Shown: piece by piece, positions 1 to 9,022 of the stretch | How positions within the stretch are numbered: the first letter of the stretch is position 1 | How the letters are laid out: the number at the start of each line of letters is the position of its first letter | Assembly: GCA_050246755.1 (NCBI GenBank) | Contig: JBFWVL010000001.1 | Span: forward strand, 864,001-928,000 | Source: Bacteriovoracia bacterium | GTDB lineage: Bacteria; Bdellovibrionota; UBA1018; CAIPTA01 | DNA length: 64,000 nt | Reading direction: 5' to 3' | Position numbers and translations under genes: made by a program | Notes under the pieces: generated by a model | Told to the model about the DNA's origin: nothing | What the model saw: only the letters and a program-made list of their open reading frames with translations | Database searches by the model: none

Positions 1-1656
1 GAGCACGTTGGCGGTGAGATCGCGCAAGATATAAGGAGCATCCCAGAAAACCTCTACGGCTTCCGGCGGAATTTTCACGGAGCGTACGCCGCTGCCGCCG
101 CCGGCGAGAAAATCGCTGGTAGCAATCTTATACATTTTGTCTTTTTCGAGGGGGCGGCCGTTAAGGGTAATCTCTTTGATCTCGCAGCCGTCGCCGGTGA
201 AGGTAAGGTTGGAAGACCAGGAAAATACTCCCGCGCCGCTGAAGGCCCCTACTTTCACGAGGTCGTATACTTTGCTGCCGGGAATGGTGATGGTTGCGAG
301 CTGGTTATCGAAAGGCAGAACGTTGAACACGTCGCCGTAGGTTACGGGGCCGGCGGCAATATTAGCGCGGAGGCCGCCGCCATTGGTGAGGCCGATATCG
401 GCTTCGGGAAGAGCATCGCGGGTGGCGTCGGCCACCAAATTGCCAAGGGCAGATTCCCTCGAATATTCGCGGGTGATTTCATCCAAAGCGGAGAACTCGA
501 GCGGGGCTTCTTTCAAGGCGCGTACTTTTTCGAGGTCGGCGGCGAGGAGCTTGGTCACCGCGGCATCTGGTTTGATCTGTTCGCCGAAGAAAACGGCGGG
601 CTCAGGAGCGCCGCGGGATTTTTTGATGTCGTAGGGATCGCAGGTTTTTCCCTTGGCGCCCTCCACTACTTGCTCACATACGGGCACTAGGCCGGAAACC
701 TCGGAAGTGTGATTTGCCACGTTCACGGTGGCCCAACCTACGTATTTTCCGCCCGAGAAGGCTTGAAGCACGGCGATGCCATTTACTTTTTTCGCTACGC
801 CGCGATGGGTGTGGCCGGTGAGCACGAGGTCCACGAGGCCGGGAGGCAGCGTTTTGGCGAAATCCAGGGATTCGGAGTCTTTGGCGTTGCAGGAGCTGAG
901 GTCTTCCTGGCTGGTGAGAGAATTATCTTCGCAGATAGCGCCTACGTGCATCGTCACGATCACTACGTCTACGTTCTCTTCTTTTCTTAGGCGTTCGGCT
1001 TCGTTGCGCACGCTCGGCAGAAGAGGCTGAAACACGAGGCCGGTGAGATTGAGGGCGTTGGTAGAGCCGGGAGTTCCAGGGCTAGCCGCACCCACGATGC
1101 CCACGCGGAGGCCGCCTACTTCCACTACCATCGAGGCCTTCAGCCATTCGGGCATCGCGCCCGAGGTGGTGCGCATGTTCGCGGCCAAGAATGGAAACTT
1201 CGCTTCTTTGATTCTGGCTTTGAGGGCACCGCGGGGATCGTCGGAGGGAGAGCGAGGAACAGCTTTATCACCTTCGGGGCCGTAGTCGAACTCATGGTTA
1301 CCAAGCGCAGAAGCGGTGAGGCCGAGATGATTATAGAGGCGCACTACCGGCGCACCTTCGAATCGGTTGGAAGCCATCGATCCCTGAAAAAGATCGCCAC
1401 TATCGATCCAGAGCAGCGGGCCCTTGGTATTTTTCTTCAGCGTCTTGATATAGGTGGCGAAAACGGAAGCGCCGCCGATGGAGAGCTTCTGCCCGTCGCC
1501 GCTGATTCCCTCTTCAGCTTCAAGAGCGCCGTGAAAATCGGTGGTGGAGACTACGGTGAGCGTGGCAGGAGCTTTCGAACTGATTTGACGATCGACTGGT
1601 TGGGCAGAACAAGCCGTAAGAAATGCCAGCGCGATAAATGAAATTCTAGCTCTCAT
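1..1656 (-). CDS. 5'-nucleotidase / UDP-sugar hydrolase family lipoprotein (partial, runs off the left edge)
   Basis: Read manually on the minus strand (not in the ORF track). ATG at 1656 with GGAGG SD; signal MRARISFIALAFLTAC (lipobox); metallophosphoesterase motifs TTDFHG and GNHEFDYG; C-terminal NGGGLRANI and LPFDN typical of 5'-nucleotidase. Confidence 0.9.
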   Translation of the reverse strand, partial: MRARISFIALAFLTACSAQPVDRQISSKAPATLTVVSTTDFHGALEAEEGISGDGQKLSIGGASVFATYIKTLKKNTKGPLLWIDSGDLFQGSMASNRFEGAPVVRLYNHLGLTASALGNHEFDYGPEGDKAVPRSPSDDPRGALKARIKEAKFPFLAANMRTTSGAMPEWLKASMVVEVGGLRVGIVGAASPGTPGSTNALNLTGLVFQPLLPSVRNEAERLRKEENVDVVIVTMHVGAICEDNSLTSQEDLSSCNAKDSESLDFAKTLPPGLVDLVLTGHTHRGVAKKVNGIAVLQAFSGGKYVGWATVNVANHTSEVSGLVPVCEQVVEGAKGKTCDPYDIKKSRGAPEPAVFFGEQIKPDAAVTKLLAADLEKVRALKEAPLEFSALDEITREYSRESALGNLVADATRDALPEADIGLTNGGGLRANIAAGPVTYGDVFNVLPFDNQLATITIPGSKVYDLVKVGAFSGAGVFSWSSNLTFTGDGCEIKEITLNGRPLEKDKMYKIATSDFLAGGGSGVRSVKIPPEAVEVFWDAPYILRDLTANVL

Positions 1657-1767
1657 GAGAAATCCTCCAGCCGAAAAGGCTGAGAAAATTAGACCATAAA
1701 AAGCTCCCCTCTTCACTCGAGAAAAATGGATTCCGCGGCCGTGTTCGCGACGCCATATTTTTGACGG

Positions 1768-1807
1768 AAAAAAGAAAAGCGGGCTCATCTCCAAAGAGAT
1801 GGCCCGC
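1768..1807 (-). terminator. intrinsic terminator of the 1827-4121 gene
   Basis: Minus strand GCGGGCCATCTC-TTTG-GAGATGAGCCCGC followed by TTTTCTTTTTT. Confidence 0.85.
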
Positions 1808-1826
1808 GGTAACTGGCTCTATTTCA

Positions 1827-4121
1827 TTAGCGCTTTGCGGCCTGGGGAAGCTGCGCAGCGTATTCGCGGGAGATGTCCGCGAGCGTCTGTTTAGCGGCTT
1901 CGATGCGGTCGTCGGCCACTTTACGATCTGCGGTGTAAGGAACCAGCAAAGCGTTTACTTCGGCCAAGCGATTGGTTTTCTGGGTGATGGTCTCATTGGT
2001 AGCGATGATTCGCTTATCGAGACTATCACGCAAAGCGGTCTGATCTTTGATGAGCTGTTCGCGATTTTTCACGGAAGCTTTATAGGTCGCGATTTGTTGC
2101 TGAATCGAAGAAACCCGGCTGGCGGTTTTATTCACTTCGGCATCAAGCGCGTCGTAGTTTACCTTCGCCTTATACGCACGGTACGCATCGGTAGAGCGAG
2201 CCACGGCGCGAACCGCGGAGTTCAGCTCTTCGATGGTAGCGTAACGCTGCGACTGCAAATTGGAGAGTTCGTTCTGCAAGCTAGGAATCACGTACTGATT
2301 TAGATCGCGGATACGAGTGTCCATTTGATCGCGGCGGCTTTCGAGGCCGGCAACCCAGCGGCGGGCTTCGGCTTCGCGGCGCACGATTTCGTCGCGCTGG
2401 CGATACACGTCTTGCTCGATCTGGCGCTCGATGCCGTCTTTTTCGGCGGATCTGGCAGCCAAATTATTTTGGGTTTGGGCCAGCGATTGGTTCGCCGTGT
2501 TCAGACGAGCGATGGCGGCATTGAGTTCGTTCCGCTGGGCCGTGCAATCCGGCGCCGAAGGCACAGGTACGGGAGTAGGCACTGGTACCGGCGTGGGAAC
2601 CGGAGTGGGCGTAGGAGTAGGATCAGGGGTTCCGGGGCCATTGCCTCCGCGGCCACCACGGCCTTGTCCGTCGCCACGGCCTTCGCCGCCCCTATCGCCA
2701 CCACCAAAGCCGCCGCCGCGACCACCACGGCCTCCGCGGCCGTTAGCGTCGTCTTCGGCGCTAGCGATAGCGCGGTTTACCAATAATTCGAGGGCGCTAG
2801 CCGCACGTCCGCCTTCGCAGGCACGGAGAGCTTGCTCTCTGGCTAATTGATCAGCCTGAGCGGCAGTCACTTGCTGTTGGTAGGAGCGTACGTTCTGCGT
2901 AAGGGTGCGGATCTCGTTCTCGAGTCCACCCAACCGGCGGTCGCCATCCTTACGGCGACGGATCTCGAAGCTAGGGTCGAAGCTGCGTAATGCGCTTTCG
3001 GCCTCGGCCAAACGCATGCGGGCACGACGGGTTTCGTCTACATTGCGATCAAGCTCGCCACGTAGCTGCTCCGACTCGGCATTGCGATCCGCAAGGTCTT
3101 GCGTCTTGCCGGAAATATTTTGCTCGATATTCGAAAGGTTACTTTCGGCATTCGACTGGCGGTTCTGGTCGTTCTGCAGAAGCGAGCGCAAACGGTCGTG
3201 CTCGGGAACGAACGGTTTAAGGTTCGCGAAAGCGATTTCGTAGGCGGACTGTGCCGATACCAAGAGTGCTTCCTGAGAAGCGATCGAAGCTTTCAACGTA
3301 ATGATATCGCCGTGGGCTTTATCGATCGCGGCTTGGGCGTTATTGCGGGCGGTGATCAAGGCCGGAAGATCGTGGTTCGAAAGCTGGTCGAGAGCGCCAG
3401 CGAGCGTTGCTTTCTCTTGGTTCAGCTTCGCGTAGCGCGCTTCGAGCGCGGCCAATTCGGCATTCATCTTGCCGATATTTTGCTGGGCCGCTACCGCTTT
3501 GGTCACGATATCGCGCAGAAGGCCGGCACGAACGGAATCTACTTTGGTCGCGTCGGTAGTATTTACTTCCGGTGGGAGAAAGTTCTTCTCGAACTGAACG
3601 GAGTTCAGGGCCGGAGAGGCCACGCAGCGTTTTTCGAGTTGCGTGAGCACGGCGGTAGCTCCGCTCATAGAGAAAGGCAGCTCGCCCATTCCGCCAGAGG
3701 CATCCACGTTCAACTGGGCGGAGGCTTTCATTTCCGCGATGAATTTATCGGTGCCACGAGGGAGATTCCAGAAGGTATCTTCGCCTTTAGCAGTGCGCGG
3801 AAGCTTTACGAAAGTATAAGTGCGCCCGGATTCGATGGTTACGCGGAAACTACTCACTTTTGAGGGAGACTTGAAGGGGCGGATCAAAAGCTCCATTGGG
3901 TGCGCGCCGCTTTTATCGATCACCACGTTGAGGGAGTAGGCGCCGTAGTTGCCGAGATAAGTGGCGGTGGCGGCAACGCAGTTGCCCTTGCCCTGCACTC
4001 CGGGTTGGGAATCGTCGAGCGACCAGTCTCCGGAAGAATAGATGGTTTTAGCGTGGGCTTGAGAAGAGAGGGCTAAGGTGATCGTGGTGAGAACGAGCAG
4101 GGCTGGTAGACGAGCGCGCAT
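1827..4121 (-). CDS. large secreted protein: IalB-like N-terminal domain + long coiled coil with Gly-rich/Pro-Thr insertion
   Basis: ATG 4121 with GGAGG SD; signal peptide ending AHA; N-domain GDW...C...FSMSGATAVLTQLEKRC resembles IalB-type folds; long heptad-rich helix. Confidence 0.75.
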   Translation of the reverse strand: MRARLPALLVLTTITLALSSQAHAKTIYSSGDWSLDDSQPGVQGKGNCVAATATYLGNYGAYSLNVVIDKSGAHPMELLIRPFKSPSKVSSFRVTIESGRTYTFVKLPRTAKGEDTFWNLPRGTDKFIAEMKASAQLNVDASGGMGELPFSMSGATAVLTQLEKRCVASPALNSVQFEKNFLPPEVNTTDATKVDSVRAGLLRDIVTKAVAAQQNIGKMNAELAALEARYAKLNQEKATLAGALDQLSNHDLPALITARNNAQAAIDKAHGDIITLKASIASQEALLVSAQSAYEIAFANLKPFVPEHDRLRSLLQNDQNRQSNAESNLSNIEQNISGKTQDLADRNAESEQLRGELDRNVDETRRARMRLAEAESALRSFDPSFEIRRRKDGDRRLGGLENEIRTLTQNVRSYQQQVTAAQADQLAREQALRACEGGRAASALELLVNRAIASAEDDANGRGGRGGRGGGFGGGDRGGEGRGDGQGRGGRGGNGPGTPDPTPTPTPVPTPVPVPTPVPVPSAPDCTAQRNELNAAIARLNTANQSLAQTQNNLAARSAEKDGIERQIEQDVYRQRDEIVRREAEARRWVAGLESRRDQMDTRIRDLNQYVIPSLQNELSNLQSQRYATIEELNSAVRAVARSTDAYRAYKAKVNYDALDAEVNKTASRVSSIQQQIATYKASVKNREQLIKDQTALRDSLDKRIIATNETITQKTNRLAEVNALLVPYTADRKVADDRIEAAKQTLADISREYAAQLPQAAKR
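2545..2745 (-). repeat. low-complexity GRGG / PTPVP coding repeat
   Basis: Encodes GRGGRGGRGGGFGGG...PTPTPTPVPTPVPVPTPVPVP. Confidence 0.85.
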
Positions 4122-4150
4122 GAAAAAAACCTCCGGAACGAACAACTGGG

Positions 4151-4166
4151 AGCAACAAAGGAGCCC
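4151..4166 (-). promoter_or_regulatory. candidate sigma54 -24/-12 promoter for the 4121 gene
   Basis: Minus strand GGGCTCCTTTGTTGCT (GG-N10-GC) 30 nt upstream of the ATG; IHF-consensus AATCAATGCTTTG at 4238-4250 (minus). Confidence 0.5.
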
Positions 4167-4269
4167 GTACTATATTATAGTTGATTGAATTAGTCAATTT
4201 ATTGTGTGGCTACGTCCACCTGACCATAGCACCCTCACAAAGCATTGATTTTATTTAATAAAATGGAAT

Positions 4270-4311
4270 AAAAAAGGCCCGAGCACCCGACGCAGGAGGG
4301 GTACCCAGGCC
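4270..4311 (-). terminator. intrinsic terminator ending the DUF1328-hemerythrin-small protein operon
   Basis: Minus strand 13-bp stem GGCCTGGGTACCC/GGGTGCTCGGGCC (with G-U pairs), loop CTCCTGCGTC, then TTTTTT. Confidence 0.85.
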
Positions 4312-4333
4312 AATCTAAAAGAAGGAAGCGCCT

Positions 4334-4594
4334 TTAGTTAACGGCGTCTTTCACTTCGTCGCCCACGTTCTGGGCCTTATGCTTCAGTTTCTTTCCGGCG
4401 CATTCCATTTTGCCATTCACGAGCTCGCAGGTTTTATCCTTCATGTTTCTCGCGCCTTTACGCACGGTTTTTTTCGCGTCTTGAGCAGCCTCGGCCACAT
4501 CTTCCTTCATTTCACTTTCGGCATGCGCCCGCGGAAGAACCGAGGGGAAAGTGGAAAATGCGAATATCGTTGCCATTAGAATTACTTTTTTCAT
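4334..4594 (-). CDS. small secreted LEA-like/hydrophilic protein with one Cys pair
   Basis: Signal peptide ending AHA; K/D/A-rich amphipathic helices; AGGAG SD. Confidence 0.8.
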   Translation of the reverse strand: MKKVILMATIFAFSTFPSVLPRAHAESEMKEDVAEAAQDAKKTVRKGARNMKDKTCELVNGKMECAGKKLKHKAQNVGDEVKDAVN

Positions 4595-4636
4595 TACTGC
4601 TCCTTTGTTTGTTGATGGAAATTTACGGCGTTACGC

Positions 4637-5155
4637 CTAATTTACGCCCGCGAGCACTCCTCTACTCTCTTCTAGAGCAGAGGTGCGAATCGGCAATTGA
4701 ATGATCGGCGCAAGTTTTAGCTTCTCCCGGGCTTCCCAATAACGGTCCCCGAGCTCCACAAGCTCCTCGCGGCTGAGAACTTTCTCCGCCATAGGAAAAA
4801 AATCCTCCTCTTCTTCTTTGAGGTGGTGCTCAAGAAGCTCACATAATACCTTCGTGCGCGTCACCCATTGGTCGTCCGTGGCTGCTTGCTTCAGCTTCAT
4901 CGCCTCGAATTCGGTAACGTCGTGCTCCTCAAGGCCCTCCATCGCGAAAGGACGCAATTTCTCCTCGGTGAGGGCACGCGTGATGAGCGTTTCCTCTTCG
5001 GCAAAGGTATGGCACTCGAGCAAAGGAAGAAGCACAGCATAAATTTTTCTTTTCTCTTCCACGCTTTCGGCCGCCTTAAGTGCCGCCATATTCTGGCGCA
5101 AGAGCTCATGATCCACGAGCAGCAGTTTTATAATGTCGGAGGAATCGTTGCGCAT
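4637..5155 (-). CDS. hemerythrin-like (HHE cation-binding) protein
   Basis: Motifs DH...HTFAEE...EH...HHLKEEE. Confidence 0.9.
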   Translation of the reverse strand: MRNDSSDIIKLLLVDHELLRQNMAALKAAESVEEKRKIYAVLLPLLECHTFAEEETLITRALTEEKLRPFAMEGLEEHDVTEFEAMKLKQAATDDQWVTRTKVLCELLEHHLKEEEEDFFPMAEKVLSREELVELGDRYWEAREKLKLAPIIQLPIRTSALEESRGVLAGVN

Positions 5156-5198
5156 ACTGTTCTCCAGAATCCTTTGTTGGAATACTCAAATAAATCCA

Positions 5199-5381
5199 CT
5201 AGTGGCGGATATGAGGTCCGCGGCCCGAAACAATTCCGGCCACAAAACTAATTACGGCTAAGATCAAGAACACCACTAGTAACGCACGGCCGATTTCCAT
5301 CGATACGCCGGCAATTCCTGTAGCGCCCAGCACTATGGCTATCAAAGCAACCACGAAAAATCCCAAAGCAGTTCTCAACAT
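5199..5381 (-). CDS. DUF1328 (UPF0391, YtjA-like) small membrane protein
   Basis: MLRTALGFFVVALIAIVLGATGIAGVSMEIGRALLVVF matches the family pattern; GGGAGG SD. Confidence 0.9.
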   Translation of the reverse strand: MLRTALGFFVVALIAIVLGATGIAGVSMEIGRALLVVFLILAVISFVAGIVSGRGPHIRH

Positions 5382-5445
5382 AAATTCCTCCCGATTGAGG
5401 GTTAAACGCCTTTTTTAGGCTTCACCCCACGTTTACCGGCTAAAT

Positions 5446-5461
5446 TGCAACGTCGATGCCT
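5446..5461 (-). promoter_or_regulatory. sigma54 -24/-12 promoter for the DUF1328 operon
   Basis: Minus strand AGGCATCGACGTTGCA, close to consensus TGGCAC-N5-TTGCW. Confidence 0.75.
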
Positions 5462-5569
5462 ACGCCGTTTGGAGCCGTACTGCCCTTTCTTGCATAGTAG
5501 GGAGATTCCGGTGGGGCATTGCGCCTCGGTCCATTGGGGACATTTGGTACCCGTGCTATCAATGAACTT

Positions 5570-7102
5570 ATGGAAAAAATACCAATGATAGCCGTGGTTG
5601 AAGACGACGAAGACATTAAAGAACTGGTGACGGCATTCTTCCGTCCCAAAGGGTACCAAGTGACACCCTTCGCTGACGCGCGTTCTCTCCTAAAGGAAGC
5701 GGAAAAAGGAAACTTTCCCTACGACGTAATCCTAACGGACTTAATGCTTCCCCATATTTCGGGGATCGACCTTACAAAAAAATTGCGCGGAATGGGAAAT
5801 GAAACGCCCATCATCCTGATCACGGCCCATAAGGGCTCCGAGAAGGCGATCGAAGCCATCGAAGCCGGCGCGTATGATTTCGTGGTTAAACCCCTACACT
5901 TTCCGCAACTTCAAGTTTCGGTAGAGCGGGCCCTACACTTCAACCGCATTCGCTCGGAGAATCAGGCACTGAAGACCGCGGTAGCCATGAAAGAAAGCGG
6001 AGGCGTAGATGGAATTATCGGGCGCAGTCCCGGGCTATTGCGGGCCGTAGATCTAGCCAAAAGAGTGGCCGATAGTGCCGCGAACGTTTTCGTAACCGGA
6101 GAAACCGGAACGGGCAAAGAAGTGATCGCCAAAGCGATTCACTATTTCGGCCAGCGTAAAAAGCACCCTTTCATCGCTATCAATTGCTCGGCCATTCCCG
6201 AGAATCTTCTCGAAAGCGAGTTATTCGGGCACGCGAAGGGCTCGTTCACCGGCGCCTCCGATAAAAAAATCGGGCTTTTCGAAGAGGCCGGCGAAGGCAC
6301 GCTCTTTCTCGACGAAATCGGCGATCTGAGCCTTCCCTTGCAAGCGAAACTGCTGCGCACTCTTCAAGAACGCAGAATCAAGCGCATCGGCGAAAATCAG
6401 TTTCGTCCGGTGAATGCACGGATCATTTCGGCCACGCACAAAGATCTTCGCGCCGAAGTGAAGGAAAAAACCTTTCGTGAAGATCTTTTCTTCCGCCTCA
6501 ACGTGATTCCAATTAACTTGCCGCCGCTGCGCACGCGCAAGGAAGATATTCTTCCTCTCGCGGAATTCTTCCTTAAGAAATTTTCGGCGATCAACGGTAA
6601 AAAAATCGAAGGCTTTAGCAAATCGGCCCTCGAGTACCTCTTGAAGAACCCATGGACTGGAAACGTGCGCGAGCTGGAGAACAGTATCGAGCGCGCCGTG
6701 GTTCTCTGCGATAGTAACCTGCTGAACAGCAGCGATCTCGTATTGGATCCGATGTCCAATATGGACAGCTCCGTTCCGGCCTTCGATGAGGCCAGCGCGG
6801 TGGCTAGCGCAGCCGCCACCCCTTCTTCGCCCCAGAGCAGCGGATCAAGTGCCTTCTACGGGCTCGCGGGAAGCTCCGACGAAAGCTTGGTAACCCTCGA
6901 TGAGCTAACTAACCGTTACCTGCTCTTTGCCCTAAACAGAAATCATGGCGCTAAAGACAAAACGGCCCGTGACCTCGGGATCGACCGGAAGACCCTATAC
7001 CGGCGCCTGCAGGATATGAATCGCGCCAAGCCAGATCAGCCACTCCCAATGGCGGAAGATCATTTTGGCGCGGCCACCGCGAACTCCAGCTTCACGCAGT
7101 AG
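5570..7102 (+). CDS. NtrC-family sigma54-dependent response regulator (REC-AAA+-HTH)
   Basis: REC (VEDD, TDLMLP, KP), Walker A GETGTGKE, ESELFGHAKGSFTGA, Walker B LFLDEIG, Fis-type HTH LGIDRKTLYRRL. ATG 5570 preferred over TTG 5519. Confidence 0.97.
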   Translation: MEKIPMIAVVEDDEDIKELVTAFFRPKGYQVTPFADARSLLKEAEKGNFPYDVILTDLMLPHISGIDLTKKLRGMGNETPIILITAHKGSEKAIEAIEAGAYDFVVKPLHFPQLQVSVERALHFNRIRSENQALKTAVAMKESGGVDGIIGRSPGLLRAVDLAKRVADSAANVFVTGETGTGKEVIAKAIHYFGQRKKHPFIAINCSAIPENLLESELFGHAKGSFTGASDKKIGLFEEAGEGTLFLDEIGDLSLPLQAKLLRTLQERRIKRIGENQFRPVNARIISATHKDLRAEVKEKTFREDLFFRLNVIPINLPPLRTRKEDILPLAEFFLKKFSAINGKKIEGFSKSALEYLLKNPWTGNVRELENSIERAVVLCDSNLLNSSDLVLDPMSNMDSSVPAFDEASAVASAAATPSSPQSSGSSAFYGLAGSSDESLVTLDELTNRYLLFALNRNHGAKDKTARDLGIDRKTLYRRLQDMNRAKPDQPLPMAEDHFGAATANSSFTQ

Positions 7103-7544
7103 CGTGGCGCGGAGAATTCTTGTAGATCATCTCGATTTGATCGATTACGCCTTCGGCGGATTGCCCTTTAGAGACGACGCCAAGAAATTGGAATCTCTTC
7201 TTTAAGCGGCGCTCCTTTTCCACCTCGGCGCCGTCGCAGGCCGTAACTACGATTACGGGAATTTTTTTCTGCTCGAACCAATCCTGGGGCGCCGCTGGGT
7301 CGAGCGCGAGACCGCTTTCCGCGCGCTCCAGCGAACGAAAACCGTTCATCTCGGGAAGCTGCCAGTCGGTCAAAATTAAATCGTAGCCATGGGCCGACAT
7401 TAAATTTGCCGCTTCGAAGGCATCGTGCGCCAAGGAAACGTTACAGCCGAATTTACGCTCTAAATTAAGCGCCAGCAATTGCCCGTAGGTTTCGTCGTCT
7501 TCAACGAAAAGAATACGGCGGGAAGAAAGCGGATGTTCCAGCAT
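7092..7544 (-). CDS. single-domain response regulator (receiver)
   Basis: ILFVEDD, LILTDWQLPEMNG, VVTA, K; no output domain; AGGAG SD. Confidence 0.9.
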   Translation of the reverse strand: MLEHPLSSRRILFVEDDETYGQLLALNLERKFGCNVSLAHDAFEAANLMSAHGYDLILTDWQLPEMNGFRSLERAESGLALDPAAPQDWFEQKKIPVIVVTACDGAEVEKERRLKKRFQFLGVVSKGQSAEGVIDQIEMIYKNSPRHATA

Positions 7545-7614
7545 AGAAGCTCCTGTTCATCGCACAGTATAGCTTTGCTGGCGCAAAGAAGAGGCGGCCA
7601 AAGTGCCGCGAGAA

Positions 7615-7899
7615 TTACTTAGGGGCTTTTTGCTGCGCGATCCAAGACCGCAATGCGGATAAGCAGGCTTCGGCCTCCGCAGCATCATGGGATTCCGCCA
7701 CCTGCTCTAATTTTTCTCCTAGAACCCCCAAGGAATCGTAGCCAAACGTGGCGGCATTCCCTCTAAGCTGGTGGCCCACTTTCGAAAAAACTTCGAAATC
7801 GCTTTTTTCCAATGCTCCCTGCAGAGAACCTAAATCTTGAGCACGACGATCTATGTACTTTTGGCGCATTTCATCCGGAATAGTTAATACGAAAGTCAT
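7615..7899 (-). CDS. stand-alone Hpt phosphotransfer protein
   Basis: GHQLRGNAATFG motif; ATG 7899 preceded by GGAGGG (alternative start 7911). Confidence 0.9.
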   Translation of the reverse strand: MTFVLTIPDEMRQKYIDRRAQDLGSLQGALEKSDFEVFSKVGHQLRGNAATFGYDSLGVLGEKLEQVAESHDAAEAEACLSALRSWIAQQKAPK

Positions 7900-8082
7900 G
7901 ATGCCCTCCATCAGCTAGAGAATTAGCGAAAAAATAATTTCCAGTTTTATTTTCTATCACGATGAACTGGGCCCATAAAGGTAGTCTTGGAGGCTGACGC
8001 CTTTTGCCACATGAACGGGGCGAATCCGGCATGCGCCGGCTTGATTATACTTTTTAGCCCGCTTTTTCCGGTGTTTGAGAAC

Positions 8083-8098
8083 TGGCATCGCACTTGCG
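8083..8098 (+). promoter_or_regulatory. sigma54 -24/-12 promoter for the csbD operon
   Basis: TGGCATCGCACTTGCG, near-perfect consensus, 52 nt upstream of the csbD ATG. Confidence 0.85.
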
Positions 8099-8150
8099 TA
8101 GCCGTAAGAGCAGTTCGTTCTCACACCGTCAAAAAAGGGGCAAATAAATA

Positions 8151-8387
8151 ATGATCAATGAAAATATCGCCAAAGGTAAGTGGAAAGAGTTCAAGGGACA
8201 AATCCAAAAAGCTTGGGGCAACCTTACCGACGATGAACTTGAAAGCAGCAAAGGCGACGTTAACTCGCTCTCCGGCATGATTCAGAAAAAATACGGAATC
8301 GCGCAGGAAGAAGCTCGCTCGAAACTGAACGACATGATGGCCGGCTTCGGAGATAAAGAAGACAAAGACGCATCAAAACGCCATTAA
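8151..8387 (+). CDS. csbD: CsbD/YjbJ family general stress protein
   Basis: KGKWKEFKGQIQKAWGNLTDDEL...G.IQKKYG is the CsbD signature. Confidence 0.93.
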   Translation: MINENIAKGKWKEFKGQIQKAWGNLTDDELESSKGDVNSLSGMIQKKYGIAQEEARSKLNDMMAGFGDKEDKDASKRH

Positions 8388-8409
8388 TTGGCAACCCAAG
8401 GAGTTAACC

Positions 8410-8640
8410 GTGAAAAAAAGCTCACCGGATTTAAAAAATCAATCCATGAATGAAAAGCCTTCGGTGAGCTCGGGTCAGGCCGACGATGCATTCGGTGGGC
8501 GCCACGGTGGCCGCGAAGACATCCGCAGCAGAGCCGGAGAAGAAAATCTTCTAAAAAATGCTTCCAGTCCAGAACAGGAATTTAACCGTGGCAATCCGAA
8601 ACGCGAGTCGCCGGAACAGAAAAATTCGGCGAGAGAATAG
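8410..8640 (+). CDS. small hydrophilic (hydrophilin-like) hypothetical protein
   Basis: GTG start with AGGAG SD; highly polar sequence; in operon. Confidence 0.7.
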   Translation: MKKSSPDLKNQSMNEKPSVSSGQADDAFGGRHGGREDIRSRAGEENLLKNASSPEQEFNRGNPKRESPEQKNSARE

Positions 8641-8672
8641 TAAGAGCGCCCAAAAGTAAAACAGGAGAATCT

Positions 8673-8939
8673 ATGCAAAATGCAATGAATCAAGATAAAG
8701 CGGAACAAAAATGGAACTCGGCTAAAGGATCTATCGATCGCGCCGTAACGGAAGCCAAGAGCATCGATACCGACGACCTCCGGGCCGTAGCGACCGAGCT
8801 CACCGGCAAAGTACGCGATGTTTCCACGAATCTATACAACGATTCTGTAGGGTTCGTAAAACGCTACCCCGTTAGCTCGGCTCTTGGCCTAGCCGCCGTT
8901 GGTTTCTTCTTGGGTGCATTCACCGCAAAAAGAAAATAA
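8673..8939 (+). CDS. ElaB/YqjD/DUF883-like tail-anchored protein
   Basis: Helical N-part; C-terminal FVKRYPVSSALGLAAVGFFLG...KRK tail anchor; AGGAG SD. Confidence 0.8.
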   Translation: MQNAMNQDKAEQKWNSAKGSIDRAVTEAKSIDTDDLRAVATELTGKVRDVSTNLYNDSVGFVKRYPVSSALGLAAVGFFLGAFTAKRK

Positions 8940-8969
8940 TTATCCCGCGCATCACGCATGCACACGGGA

Positions 8970-9004
8970 AACGCCGGCTTGGAGATCCAAGCCGGCGTTC
9001 TTTA
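8970..9004 (+). terminator. intra-operon hairpin / weak terminator
   Basis: Perfect 13-bp inverted repeat AACGCCGGCTTGG-AGAT-CCAAGCCGGCGTT followed by CTTT. Confidence 0.6.
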
Positions 9005-9022
9005 ATCACGGAGAGGAAATTT

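Noticed and set aside
137-1641. Several plus-strand ORFs in the first 1.6 kb
   Set aside because: Antisense to the 5'-nucleotidase gene, which the ORF track missed because it runs off the window edge.
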